Origin: Verrucomicrobiota bacterium
Lineage (GTDB): Bacteria; Verrucomicrobiota; Verrucomicrobiia; Limisphaerales; JBBRPK01
Assembly (NCBI GenBank): GCA_038228235.1
Contig: JBBRPK010000016.1
Location: forward strand, 526-64,525
DNA length: 64,000 nucleotides
Direction: 5' to 3'
The notes below the pieces were generated by a model. It did no database searches. It saw nothing but the letters and a program-made list of their open reading frames with translations, and had not been told where the DNA came from. This document shows positions 9,414 through 20,362 of this stretch, one piece after another; the first letter of the stretch is position 1; every line of letters starts with the position of its first letter. Both the position numbers and the translations under genes were made by a program.

Positions 9414-10225
9414 TTGGCGGGAGTGTTGCTGCCGCTGCCAACCTGGCTCGGTTGCAATTCCAGCCGGCGCATCGGGGTCGTTTACGCCTCGCAGGACCAG
9501 GTCTATGCCGAACCCATTTTGCAGGACTTCACAAAACAAACCCGGATCAGAGTCCGCGCGGTCTATGACAGTGAAGCGGTCAAGACGGTGGATCTCGCGA
9601 ATCGGCTTTTGGCGGAGCGCCCTGATCCTCAGTGCGACCTTTTCTGGAACAACGAGGAAATTCTGCACGCGGCAACTCGACGCGCGGAACGCTCTCCGCG
9701 AAACAAACGCCTGGGCTGCCATGGGCTATCGAAGCCGCCGCCTGGTCATAAACACAAACCTGCTGAAGGGAATGCCCGCCCCACGCAGTGTGGGCGAATT
9801 GACGAATCAGATCTGGCGGGGAAAAGTGGCCCTGGCCTACCTTTTATTTGGCACCACCGCTACGCATTTTCTGGCGTTGCGGCAGCACTGGGGGGAGGAA
9901 AAATGGCAGGCTGGTGCCGCGGTTTGAACTCCAATAAACCATTTCTGGTGGATGGGAATTCGGCCGTGGTCAAACAGGTGGCCCGCGGTGAAGCTTGGAT
10001 TGGCCTGACCGATTCCGATGACATCGCCGCAGAGCAAAGCGAAGGCTCGCCCGTGATAGCAATGCCAATGACGGAGGAAACGCTTCTGATTCCTAACACG
10101 ATGGCGATACTGCAGGGCGCTCGCACCCGGAGGAGGCACAACAATTATTTGATTACCTGCAGCGCCGGGAGGTTTGCGAACGGCTGAGTTTGGCCAAGGC
10201 CCTGGGGAGGAGTCTCAACCAGTGA
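9414..10225 (+). pseudogene. frame-shifted ABC-transporter (iron/solute family 1-like) substrate-binding lipoprotein gene
   Basis: Substrate-binding-protein (SBP)-like sequence is spread over three frames. Frame 0, 9414 to about 9670: RIGVVYASQDQVYAEPILQDFTKQTRIRVRAVYDSEAV...DLFWNNEEIL. Frame 1, to about 9910: WAAMGYRSRRLVINTNLL...GKVALAYLLFGTTATHFLALRQHWGEEKW. Frame 0, to about 10127: NKPFLVDGNSAVVKQVARGEAWIGLTDSDD...LIPNTMAILQGA. Frame 2, to the stop at 10225: PEEAQQLFDYLQRREVCERL. No permease or ATPase gene is adjacent. Confidence 0.6.
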
Positions 10226-10356
10226 AGCGAAGACCCGCACGCTTGAGCCAGATTGGGCCATCCTCCTCCGCGACCTGGAGTCAACCACCGCGATGGCTTG
10301 GGGAGTTGAAGAAATTCGCTGTCCAACCGCGGAGACTTCTGTTAAGCCTTTTTGTC

Positions 10357-11142
10357 ATGCCCTCATCACTGGCGAATAAATGGGTTTTAATCACGGGCGC
10401 TTCCAGCGGGTTCGGCGCGGCGGCCGCAAAGGCCTTTGGCGCGGAAGGAGCAAAGCTTTTGTTGGGCGCGCGCCGCGTCGATCGGCTGGAAGAGACCGCC
10501 ACTGTGGCGAAGAAATCGGGCGCGCCCGCCGCTCATCTTCATGCCCTCGATGTCACCAAAACCAGCAGCGTCGAAGAATTTGTGAAGTGGGCGCGCAGCC
10601 TCACGGAAAATCTGGACGTGTTAGTGAACAACGCGGGCGGGGCGCATGGCATGGATTCTGTGGCCACGGGCAGGGATGAAGATTGGGAAGCAATGTTCCA
10701 ATCCAATGTGTTGGGACTGCTGCGGATGACCCGCGCCTGTTTGCCGATGCTGATGAGCAATCCGGGCAGTTCCATCCTCAACATTGGCTCCGTAGCTGGC
10801 CACACGGCTTATGAAGGGGGCGCAGCTTACTGCGGCGCAAAATCAGCGGAACTGCAAATTACCCGTGCCCTGCGACTCGAACTTTGCGGCACGGGGGTGC
10901 GGGTAGGCACCATCGATCCGGGAATGGCCGAAACCGAATTCTCCAAGGTCCGGTTCAAAGGTGACGAGGCGCGTTCAAAAAAGGTGTATGAAGGTGTAAT
11001 CCCTCTAACCGCCGAAGATATCGCCCAAACGCTGGTTTGGGTCGCAAGTCGCCCCGCACACGTCAATATCGATGAACTCATTATCAAGTGCACCGATCAA
11101 GCGGCCATTCACAAAGTCCATCGCAGGACCACCAAGCCATGA
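10357..11142 (+). CDS. short-chain dehydrogenase/reductase (SDR)
   Basis: Start at MPSSLANKWVLITGASSGFG (TGxxxGxG). NNAG motif and the catalytic YCGAK (YxxxK). Confidence 0.85.
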   Translation: MPSSLANKWVLITGASSGFGAAAAKAFGAEGAKLLLGARRVDRLEETATVAKKSGAPAAHLHALDVTKTSSVEEFVKWARSLTENLDVLVNNAGGAHGMDSVATGRDEDWEAMFQSNVLGLLRMTRACLPMLMSNPGSSILNIGSVAGHTAYEGGAAYCGAKSAELQITRALRLELCGTGVRVGTIDPGMAETEFSKVRFKGDEARSKKVYEGVIPLTAEDIAQTLVWVASRPAHVNIDELIIKCTDQAAIHKVHRRTTKP

Positions 11143-14100
11143 ACTCAATTCTGTCTCACCCGTCCCCCCGAAGGAGAGGCAACGGTGACGCTCACGTCCC
11201 GCGTGGTCTTGTAGTCCAAGCTGCCGCCTATTTGGTAATTCTTCTGCCGTTAGCTGTGCTTGGGCTCGGCGGGCGCCTCAACGCCGCCGATCCTTTCGAG
11301 GACTTTATCCGCACGACGGACCCGCGCTCGCCGCGGGAGGAGTTGAAGGGATTTCATGTGCCCCCTGGCTTTGAAGTGCAATTGGTTGCTGCCGAGCCAG
11401 ACATCGGCAAGCCCATGAATATGGCTTTCGATGAGAAGGGGCGCCTCTGGATCACCCAATCACGCGAGTACCCATTCCCTGTGCCGCTCGATAAAAAAGG
11501 CCGCGACAAAGTGATGATCCTGGACAAGTTCAACGCGGAAGGCCGCGCGGAAAAAGTCACCACGTTTACCGAGGGGCTGAACATCCCCATCGGTCTCGCA
11601 CCCTATAAGGGCGGGGCTATCGCTTTCAGCATCCCCTACATTCGTTATTTTCAGGACACCGATAGAGACGGGCGAGCCGACCAGGAGAAGATGATCCTTG
11701 GGCGGTTCGGTTTTGAAAAAGACACGCACGGTTTGACGGGGGCGTTCCGGCGCGGATTTGATGGCTGGCTTTACGCCGATCATGGCTACAACAACGACAC
11801 CACCCTTACGGCCCGCGATGGCAGCAGCATCAAAATGAATTCCGGCAATTGTTACCGGTTCAAGCCCGACGGCTCTCGCGTTGAGCAATATTCCTGGGGC
11901 CAGGTCAATCCATTCGGGCTGATGTTTGATCCGCTGGGAGATTTGTGGTCCGCTGATTGCCACAGCTCTCCCGTGTATGTTTTGTTGCGCGGAGCTTATT
12001 ATCCGAGCTTCGGCAAGCCCCATGACGGGCTGGGTTTTGCCCCCAACATTTGCGACCACAGCCACGGATCTACCGCCATCGCCGGCATGGTCTATTATGC
12101 GGCCGAAGATTTCCCAGCTGAGTACCGCGGCAATACTTTTGTGGGCAATGTGATGACCTGCCGCATCAACCGCGATTCCTTTGCCGTCCACGGTTCGACC
12201 CGCATTGCGAAGGAAGAACCGGATTTTTTGCGCAGCGATGACTCGTGGTTTCGCCCGGTCGATCTGCAACTCGGGCCGGATGGGGCCATTTATATAGCGG
12301 ACTTTTACAATCGCATCATCGGCCATTACGAAGTGCGATTGGATCATCCGGGCCGAGACCGTGAACGCGGGCGCATCTGGCGGATTGTCTATCGAGGCGG
12401 CGCCGGGATTGCGCGTGCCACGTTGTCCACATCCCTGACCGAAGGAGTCGAGGGGCTTGTGGCGGAACTGGGCAGCGTTAACATCACGCGCCGGATGCTG
12501 GCCATGAATTCATTGGCGGATGACATCGGCCCCTCTGCCATAGAACCGCTCAAGAAAATATTCAATACGCACACCAGCCCGTTTCAGAAAGCCCATGGGC
12601 TTTGGATCCTCCACCGGTTGGGGAGTCTGGATGAAACAATTCTGCAGGGGGCAGCCAAGGACAACGACCGGCTGGTGCGCGTCCACGCCATGAGAGTTCT
12701 TTCTGAAATTGAAAGTTGGTCGGCCGCGCAACGAACCCTGGCTTTGGCTGGGTTACAGGACCGGGACGCCTTTGTGCAACGAGCCGCCAGCGATGCCCTG
12801 GGCCGCCATCCCGCTTTGGAGAACCTCCGACCTTTGCTACATCTCCGGCAGACGGCATCCCCAGACGATACGGAATTGGTTTATAAGGTCCGGCAAGCCT
12901 TGCGGGACCAATTACGAATCACGGAAATATTCGGCCAGCTTCCCCTGCCCAATTGGAGTGAGAAGGATGGCCGAGCCATCGCTGACGTGGCTCTAGGAGT
13001 GCATTCCCTGGCCTCCGGTTCCTTTCTGCTGGACCATATTCAAAAATTCACCGAAGACCGCGAAACCATGACCCGTTACCTACAACATGCTGTTCGTTAT
13101 CTCCCCGAAAAGGACTTGGACGCGCTGGCCAATTTTACCCGCGCGAAGTTTAGCGGGGATGTGGATTTGCAGTTGGCCTTGTTTAAGTCCGTGCAAGACG
13201 GAACGGGGCAGCGAGGCGCGAAGCTAAGTGAGGACACGCGGGCGTGGGGGGGCGAGCTTGCGGAAAAGCTTCTCGCTTCGGGTCAGGACACCACCAATAG
13301 CTGGCATAATACCCCGGTGGAGGGGATGAAGGAAACGAAAAACCCTTGGTTCGTGCAGCGGCGCGCCTCGGCTGATGGCGACAAAGCTTCTCCGTTTCTT
13401 TGCAGCTTGCCCCCAGCAGGTGAGCAACTGACCGGTATTCTTCGCTCGGAAATTTTCACCGTTCCGCCCCGCTTGCAATTTTTTCTGGCGGGTCATGATG
13501 GAACTCCCGATCAGCAACCGCAGAAGCGAAATGTGGTGCGTTTACGGGGCGTTAACACCCAGGAGATTCTGGCGGAGAAATTTCCACCGCGCAATGATTT
13601 GGCGCAGCCGGTCACCTGGGATCTGACCGCGCAAGCCGGCAAACAAGCCTACGTCGAAGTTGTGGATGCCGACAATGGGACGGCTTACGCCTGGTTGGCG
13701 GTGGGGCGTTTTGAGCCGCCGGTGATTTCCGTTCCTTCGCTCGACCCAAGCCAGCTCGCCAAACGAGAGGAAACGGCGGCGGATTTGGCGAGTTCCCTCT
13801 CTTTGACAAAGCTGGAGCCGCAACTGACCCATTTGCTGCTGAATCCGGCGGCCGAGCTCGACACGCGTTCAGCCGCCGCGCGAGCCTTGCTCTCTTTTCA
13901 CCCCGATGACCAAGTGGCACCCTTGGCTGCATTGGTGGGTGATCCGGGCGTTTCTTCATATTTGCGCGAGAAAATCTGCCGGGCGCTGGTGGTGAATGAT
14001 CCGTCGTCCGCGCGCACGAATCTAATTGAGGCTATGCAGACATCACCGCGCCGCCTCCAGGTAAAGCTGGCTCAAACCATGGCTGGGACTGCCAGCGGGG

Positions 14101-14726
14101 CGGAAGAGTTGCTGCAGATGACCGCGGCCGGGCAAGCTCCCCCCGGATTGCTCCAGGAGCGCGCCGTCCGGGACAAACTGCTCGCGGCCAAACCGATCAA
14201 CGCCGCCGCGCGCCTTGAGCAGTTGACCAAAGGGCTGACACCCCTGAACGACGGGTTGCAAAAGCTGATCGACCAGCGACGCAAAAATTATGCTCCGGCC
14301 CAGGCTTCTTTGGTGAAGGGTGAGCAATCTTTTACCCAAAACTGCCGCCCCTGTCATCAGCTCGACCGCACTGGAAATGTTATCGGGCCACAACTGGATG
14401 GAGTGGGGAACCGCGGCTTGGAACGGCTATGCGAAGATGTGCTCGACCCCAACCGCAGCGTCGATCCTGCCTTCCGCTCGACGCTTCTCATCCTCAAAGA
14501 TGGGGATGTGGTTTCGGGGCTGCTGCGCCGCGAGGAAACGGAAATGGTTGTGCTGGCCGATTCCACCGGCAAAGAGGTTTCCATTCCCAAAAAGCAAATC
14601 CAGGAACGCCGGCAGTCCGAGACCTCTCTGATGCCCGAGAATTTTGGCGAAATCATTTCACCGGAGGATTTCAACAGCCTCATGGCCTTTTTGCTTTCCA
14701 AATCAAGCAAGCCCTCGTCGCCGTGA
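11139..14726 (+). CDS. PVC-type heme-binding CxxCH protein (membrane-bound dehydrogenase-like beta-propeller + HEAT repeats + C-terminal cytochrome c domain)
   Basis: ATG at 11139 overlaps the SDR stop (ATGA). N-terminal TM/signal segment. Dehydrogenase-domain stretch FHVPPGFEVQLVAAEPDIGKPMNMAFDEKGRLW. HEAT-like repeats. C-terminal CRPCHQLDRTGNVIGPQLDGVG...SLMPENF, typical of the Pirellula/Verrucomicrobium heme-binding domain. Confidence 0.85.
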   Translation: MNSILSHPSPRRRGNGDAHVPRGLVVQAAAYLVILLPLAVLGLGGRLNAADPFEDFIRTTDPRSPREELKGFHVPPGFEVQLVAAEPDIGKPMNMAFDEKGRLWITQSREYPFPVPLDKKGRDKVMILDKFNAEGRAEKVTTFTEGLNIPIGLAPYKGGAIAFSIPYIRYFQDTDRDGRADQEKMILGRFGFEKDTHGLTGAFRRGFDGWLYADHGYNNDTTLTARDGSSIKMNSGNCYRFKPDGSRVEQYSWGQVNPFGLMFDPLGDLWSADCHSSPVYVLLRGAYYPSFGKPHDGLGFAPNICDHSHGSTAIAGMVYYAAEDFPAEYRGNTFVGNVMTCRINRDSFAVHGSTRIAKEEPDFLRSDDSWFRPVDLQLGPDGAIYIADFYNRIIGHYEVRLDHPGRDRERGRIWRIVYRGGAGIARATLSTSLTEGVEGLVAELGSVNITRRMLAMNSLADDIGPSAIEPLKKIFNTHTSPFQKAHGLWILHRLGSLDETILQGAAKDNDRLVRVHAMRVLSEIESWSAAQRTLALAGLQDRDAFVQRAASDALGRHPALENLRPLLHLRQTASPDDTELVYKVRQALRDQLRITEIFGQLPLPNWSEKDGRAIADVALGVHSLASGSFLLDHIQKFTEDRETMTRYLQHAVRYLPEKDLDALANFTRAKFSGDVDLQLALFKSVQDGTGQRGAKLSEDTRAWGGELAEKLLASGQDTTNSWHNTPVEGMKETKNPWFVQRRASADGDKASPFLCSLPPAGEQLTGILRSEIFTVPPRLQFFLAGHDGTPDQQPQKRNVVRLRGVNTQEILAEKFPPRNDLAQPVTWDLTAQAGKQAYVEVVDADNGTAYAWLAVGRFEPPVISVPSLDPSQLAKREETAADLASSLSLTKLEPQLTHLLLNPAAELDTRSAAARALLSFHPDDQVAPLAALVGDPGVSSYLREKICRALVVNDPSSARTNLIEAMQTSPRRLQVKLAQTMAGTASGAEELLQMTAAGQAPPGLLQERAVRDKLLAAKPINAAARLEQLTKGLTPLNDGLQKLIDQRRKNYAPAQASLVKGEQSFTQNCRPCHQLDRTGNVIGPQLDGVGNRGLERLCEDVLDPNRSVDPAFRSTLLILKDGDVVSGLLRREETEMVVLADSTGKEVSIPKKQIQERRQSETSLMPENFGEIISPEDFNSLMAFLLSKSSKPSSP

Positions 14727-14849
14727 TTTTAAAATTAAGAGCCGGGCATTTTCCCGTTGACAGCGAGCGCGGACAATGGCGTTAATGCGCCTATTGCCGT
14801 TGAAGTTGCTTCCATTAGCATTGTTTAAGCTTCGACGGATGCGGCCATT

Positions 14850-15974
14850 ATGAGCGATCGGAAACTAAATATTGCGATTGTCGGGCTCGGATTCGGAGCC
14901 GAATTTATCCCCATTTACCAACGCCATCCCAATGCCGGGATGTACGCCATTTGTCAGCGCACGGGGGCAAAGCTGGATGCCATCGGGGATGCGTTTGGAG
15001 TGGAGAAGCGTTACACCGATTTTAAGGAGCTGCTTAAAGATCCGAAGGTCGATATCGTCCACATCAACTCCCCGATTCCCGATCACGCCTGGCAATCCAT
15101 AGCGGCCCTTAAAGCCGGCAAACATGTGGCCTGCACGGTGCCCATGGCCACGAGTGTGGAAGATTGCAAGAAAATCGTGGAATTAGTGAAGAAAACCGGG
15201 CTGAAATACATGATGATGGAGACGGTGGTGTATGCGCGCGAATTTCTCTATATCAAGGAGCTGGCCGATAACGGAACGCTCGGCAAGATCCAATTCCTCC
15301 AGGCGAGTCATCAGCAGGACATGGACGGCTGGCCCAATTACTGGCCTGGGCTTCCCCCAATGTGGTATGCGACACATTGTGTAGGACCGGTCTGCGCGCT
15401 GGCCAATGGGACAGCGGAGTATGTCTCTTGTTTTGGTTCGGGCACCATCCGGAAGGAGTTGATCGCGAAATATAATTCTCCTTTTGCCGTCGAAACGACC
15501 CACATCAAATTCAAAGATTCGGACTTGAGCGCGCGCATTTATCGCTCGCTGTTTGACACGGCGCGCCAATATCGGGAGAGCATCGACGTCTATGGTTCGA
15601 AGGCTTCCGTCGAATGGCCGCTCGTCGAGCATCAGCCGCTTATCCTGCACCGCGCGAAATTGCCCGAGGCAAAGATCCCCATGCCGGTCAAAGCGCCTGA
15701 TTTCGCCAAGCGTTTGCCTAAACCGATCCAGCGATTCACGACTCGGGGCGTCTATGATTTGGGAAAAAAGACGCATCTCAGCTTTACCCAAGGCGCGGGT
15801 CATGGTGGATCGCATCCCCATTTAGTGCACGAGTTTCTGAGCGCGATCATACAAGAGCGAGAGCCTTTCCCGAATGCGAGACAGTCGGCGAACTGGACTT
15901 GTGTGGGGCTTTGCGCGCATCAATCGGCGCTGAAGGGCGGGGCCATCACAAAATTGCCAGCGTTTACCATTTGA
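14850..15974 (+). CDS. Gfo/Idh/MocA family oxidoreductase
   Basis: 374 aa. N-terminal Rossmann LNIAIVGLGFGAEFIPIY. The family-typical layout follows. Confidence 0.85.
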   Translation: MSDRKLNIAIVGLGFGAEFIPIYQRHPNAGMYAICQRTGAKLDAIGDAFGVEKRYTDFKELLKDPKVDIVHINSPIPDHAWQSIAALKAGKHVACTVPMATSVEDCKKIVELVKKTGLKYMMMETVVYAREFLYIKELADNGTLGKIQFLQASHQQDMDGWPNYWPGLPPMWYATHCVGPVCALANGTAEYVSCFGSGTIRKELIAKYNSPFAVETTHIKFKDSDLSARIYRSLFDTARQYRESIDVYGSKASVEWPLVEHQPLILHRAKLPEAKIPMPVKAPDFAKRLPKPIQRFTTRGVYDLGKKTHLSFTQGAGHGGSHPHLVHEFLSAIIQEREPFPNARQSANWTCVGLCAHQSALKGGAITKLPAFTI

Positions 15975-15980
15975 GCCGGC

Positions 15981-17336
15981 ATGAGCGCATTGTCCAACGT
16001 CGATCGACACGCCGGATATAACAAGCCGAAGCTCTTTCTCCTTAGCGTGGTTGCGCTGGCTACTGCCGGGATTGGTTTCAGCATTCGCGGCGATATCGGA
16101 AGCGCCTTGCAGGGACATTTTTTCGATCCGATTGACCGGCTCCATTCAACTGAGATGACGGGGAGTGTGCTGGGGATTGTTTTCATGGGGTTCGCAGTGG
16201 CCATTGCAGTTGGCAGTCCGTTGCTGGATTTTTTTGGGATGGGCCGGCTGCTCGGAGTTTCGAGCATCTGCTTCGTCATGGGCAATCTGATTGTGCTTTT
16301 TGCCGATCATTTACACGTTGGATTGCCCATTTTCTGGGTGATTTGGACAGGCATGTTGCTGATCGGCGTCGGACAGGGGCTAGTCGAGACAGTCATCAAC
16401 CCGCTGGCGGCCACACTCTATCCCGACGACAAAACCCACAAGCTCAATGTGCTGCACGCCTGGTGGCCCGGCGGCATCATCATTGGCGGAGTGATCAGCC
16501 TTATGCTCGGATACTTCGACGTCGGCTGGCAGGGCAAAATGGCGGTGGTGCTGCTGCCGGCGGCGCTCTACGGAATTATGATCCTCGGCACAAAGTTCCC
16601 CCCCACGGAGCGTGTCGCGGCGGGCGTGCCAGCCCGCCAAATGTTCAAAGAATTGGCGCGCCCGCTCTTCATCATTTTGTGGTTGTCGATGTTTCTAACT
16701 GCCGCTTCCGAACTGGCGCCTGGCCAGTGGGTGGATGTGGCGCTGACACGCACCGTGGGCATGAAGGGGATCATTCTCCTAATCTACGTCAGCGGCTTGA
16801 TGTTCGTGATGCGGCATTTCGCCGGAACCCTGGCGCACAAGCTCTCTCCGATTGGGCTGTTGTGGCTCTCTTGTTTTCTCGCTTCCGCTGGTTTGCTCCT
16901 GTTAAGCATTGCAAACTCGCCCCTGACCGGATTGTTGGCGGCAACGGTTTGGGGAATAGGAGTTTGCTACATGTGGCCCACTATGCTGGCTTCGGCTTCA
17001 GAGCGCTTTCCGCGCGGCGGAGCGTTGCTGATTGGCTTGATGGGCACGGCGGGGACACTTTCCATCAAGTTCGTGCTGCCTTGGATGGGAAATATTTTCG
17101 ATAGGACAAAAATCACCGTGGCCGGCGGCGAAGATGCTTTCAAGGCGCTGACCGGGGACAAGCTCAATGAAGTGCTCAGTCTAGCCGCTCAGAAATCATT
17201 TCAGATGGTGGCGATCCTGCCGGCCATTCTGCTGGTGGTGTTCGGAGCCATCTGGCTTCATGACCGATCCCGCGGCGGTTACAAGGCTGAGAAGATCGTT
17301 TCCGACGAAGAAGGGGTGGCGCTGGCCGGCAAGTAA
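15981..17336 (+). CDS. MFS transporter (sugar-type, paralog 1)
   Basis: 451 aa and about 12 hydrophobic segments. [33 protein letters not shown] is shared with the next gene. Confidence 0.8.
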   Translation: MSALSNVDRHAGYNKPKLFLLSVVALATAGIGFSIRGDIGSALQGHFFDPIDRLHSTEMTGSVLGIVFMGFAVAIAVGSPLLDFFGMGRLLGVSSICFVMGNLIVLFADHLHVGLPIFWVIWTGMLLIGVGQGLVETVINPLAATLYPDDKTHKLNVLHAWWPGGIIIGGVISLMLGYFDVGWQGKMAVVLLPAALYGIMILGTKFPPTERVAAGVPARQMFKELARPLFIILWLSMFLTAASELAPGQWVDVALTRTVGMKGIILLIYVSGLMFVMRHFAGTLAHKLSPIGLLWLSCFLASAGLLLLSIANSPLTGLLAATVWGIGVCYMWPTMLASASERFPRGGALLIGLMGTAGTLSIKFVLPWMGNIFDRTKITVAGGEDAFKALTGDKLNEVLSLAAQKSFQMVAILPAILLVVFGAIWLHDRSRGGYKAEKIVSDEEGVALAGK

Positions 17337-17373
17337 ATTTCGTGAAACACCAAAACCAAAACAGCACAAAACT

Positions 17374-19014
17374 ATGAGTAATGGAAGCAACAACGCTATT
17401 GCACCCAACGCAAAACGGCTCCTCTGGGCTGGCTTCGCCGCCATTCTAGCTGCGGGCATCGGCTTCGGAATTCGAGGCGGCATTCTCGCCAATTGGGGGA
17501 CAGACTTCGGCTTCACTGCCGCCCAACTTGGTGATATCAATGGCGCTAGTTTCACTAGTTTCTGTTTTGGGATTATAATTGGCGGGCTGCTCTGTGATAA
17601 AATCGGCTATGGGAAGCTGGTCATCGCAGCGTTTGCCTTTCACGTGCTGTCCGCCGTTGTCACGTTCAGCGCGACCACGGCGATGCCCAAGGAAACCGCC
17701 TATATCCTGCTTTATATGGGAACGTTTATCTTCGGCCTGGCGAATGGCACGCTGGAAGCAGTCGCGAACCCGCTCGTGGCCACACTTTTTCCCAATAACC
17801 GCACTCATTACCTGAACATCCTGCACGCGAGTTGGCCGGCTGGTCTGGTTCTGGGGGGATTTGCGGGAGCCCTTCTTGGCGGCAGCTGGTCCTGGAAAGC
17901 TCAATTGGCGTTATTCCTAATCCCGACGGTTGGTTACGGCCTTATGTTCTTCGGACAAAAGATGCCGAAATCTGAAGCTTCAGAGAAAGGCCTGAGCCTG
18001 GGCGAGATGATGAAGGACGTTGGCCTGCTCGGGGGAGCAGTGGTCTGCTTGTTAATTGTGCTGTTTTGCAAAGAGGCGCTCGGCGGGATGCTGGCGCTGC
18101 TCTCCGGAAACTCTTTCTTTACCAGTTCCACTTGGAGCTATCTCTCTTGGGGCGTGGGCATCGTCTTATGGCTCTCCGTTGGGGGGTTGACCCGCGGTTC
18201 CATTGGCGCCTGGTTGATCTTCGTCTTGTTTATGGTCCATGCCCTCGTCGGAGCGGTGGAACTCGGCACGGACAGTTGGATTCAAAACATCACGGGTAAT
18301 ATCCTGACTCCCACGCAGGGCAAGGTCCTCTTCGTCTTTACCTCCGCCGTTATGTTCGGGCTGCGATTCTGCGCCCATTTCATCGAAAAGAACCTCAAAT
18401 TCTCGCCTGTCGGCATCCTGTTGACGTGTGCCATTCTCGCCTGTGTCGGGTTAAACTTGGTCAGCGGTTTGGTGACTTTCGGAGGAGCGATGGGTGCCCT
18501 TCTGGTTTATGCGGTTGGCAAGACTTTCTTCTGGCCGACGATGCTTGCCGTGACGAGTGATCGATTCCCCCGGACGGGAGCCGTGGCCATCAGCATCATG
18601 GGAGGCATCGGAATGATGTCCGCCGGACTTATAGGATCGAAAGGTCTTGGCTATGCCAAAGATCGCTTTGCGGGCGAAGAATTACAGAAAGCGGACCCAG
18701 CGGTCTTCGCGGAATTTAAAGCGGAGAAGCCCAGCCAGTTCCTTTTCTTTAAGGGCGCCTTTGGTTTGGACGGGGCCAAGCTCGGAGCGATAAACGCCAT
18801 TCCTCAGGATCAGCGTGATCCGAAACAGAAGCTTGTAGGCGAAGCAAACATGAGAGGGGATCGTCACACTCTGGTGGCTGATTCTTTCATTCCCGCCACT
18901 ATGGCCGTGATCTACCTTCTTATTCTGCTCTATTTCAAAGCCATTGGCGGCTACAAACCGGTCCACATCCAACCCTCCAGCAAGGAGGAAAGACGAGTCC
19001 CTGAAACGGTCTAA
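17374..19014 (+). CDS. MFS transporter (sugar-type, paralog 2, longer)
   Basis: Start at ATG 17374 ([12 protein letters not shown]...). [33 protein letters not shown] is paralogous to the upstream gene. It carries an extra soluble insert near the C-terminus. Confidence 0.8.
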   Translation: MSNGSNNAIAPNAKRLLWAGFAAILAAGIGFGIRGGILANWGTDFGFTAAQLGDINGASFTSFCFGIIIGGLLCDKIGYGKLVIAAFAFHVLSAVVTFSATTAMPKETAYILLYMGTFIFGLANGTLEAVANPLVATLFPNNRTHYLNILHASWPAGLVLGGFAGALLGGSWSWKAQLALFLIPTVGYGLMFFGQKMPKSEASEKGLSLGEMMKDVGLLGGAVVCLLIVLFCKEALGGMLALLSGNSFFTSSTWSYLSWGVGIVLWLSVGGLTRGSIGAWLIFVLFMVHALVGAVELGTDSWIQNITGNILTPTQGKVLFVFTSAVMFGLRFCAHFIEKNLKFSPVGILLTCAILACVGLNLVSGLVTFGGAMGALLVYAVGKTFFWPTMLAVTSDRFPRTGAVAISIMGGIGMMSAGLIGSKGLGYAKDRFAGEELQKADPAVFAEFKAEKPSQFLFFKGAFGLDGAKLGAINAIPQDQRDPKQKLVGEANMRGDRHTLVADSFIPATMAVIYLLILLYFKAIGGYKPVHIQPSSKEERRVPETV

Positions 19015-19037
19015 TATGCCTTGGAATTTATCAGTCT

Positions 19038-19073
19038 GGAGCGTGCGAGAGCGCCTATGCGCTCTGACGTTCC
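19038..19073. terminator. hairpin between the convergent MFS and cinA genes (possible bidirectional terminator)
   Basis: ggagcgtgcgagagcgc ctat gcgctctgacgttcc. Perfect 7-bp core agagcgc/gcgctct plus flanking partial pairing. Built from the same GAGCGT-type units as the element at 23729-23851. No clear U-tract. Confidence 0.35.
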
Positions 19074-20362
19074 GGGCCCAAAGTACGGCGCAATAACTCT
19101 AAGGCTTGTTGGGAGGTAACCTGCTTAAAGGTTTCCCGATCGTACGGGTTCATCGGGCTTAAGACTACGGTTTCTCGCCCGCTGGCGAGCGCAATAAAGA
19201 CAGTTCCCGCCGGTTTTTCAGCGGTGCCGCCAGAGGGGCCGGCGATGCCGGTGACCGCCAAGGCGTAATTGGCCCCGCTGCGGTGGCGGGCGCCCTCCGC
19301 CATCTCGCGGGCCACTGGCTTACTGACCGCTCCATGTGCTGCCAAAGTTTCTGAACGAACGCCCAGCAGAGTCACTTTTGCTTCGTTGCTGTAGGTGACA
19401 AAACCGCAGATAAAAACTGCCGAGGCCCCTGGGACATCGGTGAGGAGGTCGGCAATGCGGCCACCAGTGCATGATTCGGCCGCCGCCAATGTCACCTTAT
19501 GTTCCGTGAGTTGGCGAATGAGTACAGTCTGGACATCGTCATCGTCGGCGCCAAAAATATAGTGTCCCATGATCGCTCGAATAATTCGTTCCGCCTCGCT
19601 CACCATTTCCTTCGCATTCTGGTGTTGCGCGGCCACCCGGACATCCACTGCTCCAACACGGGCGCAGTAACCAATCTCCAGGCCAGCGTCGGTAAGAGAT
19701 TTTAAAGGACTTGCGATTTTTTCTTGAACCACCGATTCTCCCATCCCCATCGTCTTAAGCGTTCGACAAATAAAAGGAGTTGCCAGTGGGTACTTAATGG
19801 AGAGCAATGCAGGGAGTTGTTCCAAGAACATGGGGCGCAATTCCCGCGGTGGGCCGGGAAGCATGATCAGGCAGCTTGCCTCGTGATCCGGGCGGAATGG
19901 ATTGGGCTTCACCTCGATCACCAGTCCAGGGGCAGTCCCATGCAAATTGGGCAACACCAAAGCGCCTTCGGGCACCAGGGCTTGGACTCTGGTGAGGGCC
20001 GGCATAGGGCGCCCCCGCATGCTAAAAAATCCCTCGATCAATGCCAGAACCCGGGCATCTTCGCGGAGTTCGCGCTTCAACAGATCCGCCACCATCTCAC
20101 GCGTCCTGTCATCACTCGTGGGGCCGAGACCGCCAGTGATGATGATCAAATCGGCGATAGCCAGGGCTTCTCGCACCGCCTGGCGGATAGCATCAGCAGA
20201 ATCATCCACAGTCAATTGACGATTGACCACATAGCCCAAGTCCGAAAGTTTGCGGCAGAGCCATTGCTGATGGGTGTTGAGGACGCGTCCCAACATAAGC
20301 TCGCTGCCGGTGTTAATGATTTGGATATTCAAAGCAAAGCCAGATCTCTCCCACTTAGCCAA
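19055..20362 (-). CDS. cinA: CinA family protein (competence/damage-inducible; MoCF-like N-domain + nicotinamide-nucleotide amidase C-domain)
   Basis: IINTGSELMLGRVLNTH start region, ITGGLGPTSDDRTRE, and C-terminal AAESCTGGRIADLLT...LAVTGIAGPSGG. The start is uncertain: TTG at 20362 or TTG at 20332. Confidence 0.85.
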   Translation of the reverse strand: MAKWERSGFALNIQIINTGSELMLGRVLNTHQQWLCRKLSDLGYVVNRQLTVDDSADAIRQAVREALAIADLIIITGGLGPTSDDRTREMVADLLKRELREDARVLALIEGFFSMRGRPMPALTRVQALVPEGALVLPNLHGTAPGLVIEVKPNPFRPDHEASCLIMLPGPPRELRPMFLEQLPALLSIKYPLATPFICRTLKTMGMGESVVQEKIASPLKSLTDAGLEIGYCARVGAVDVRVAAQHQNAKEMVSEAERIIRAIMGHYIFGADDDDVQTVLIRQLTEHKVTLAAAESCTGGRIADLLTDVPGASAVFICGFVTYSNEAKVTLLGVRSETLAAHGAVSKPVAREMAEGARHRSGANYALAVTGIAGPSGGTAEKPAGTVFIALASGRETVVLSPMNPYDRETFKQVTSQQALELLRRTLGPERQSA

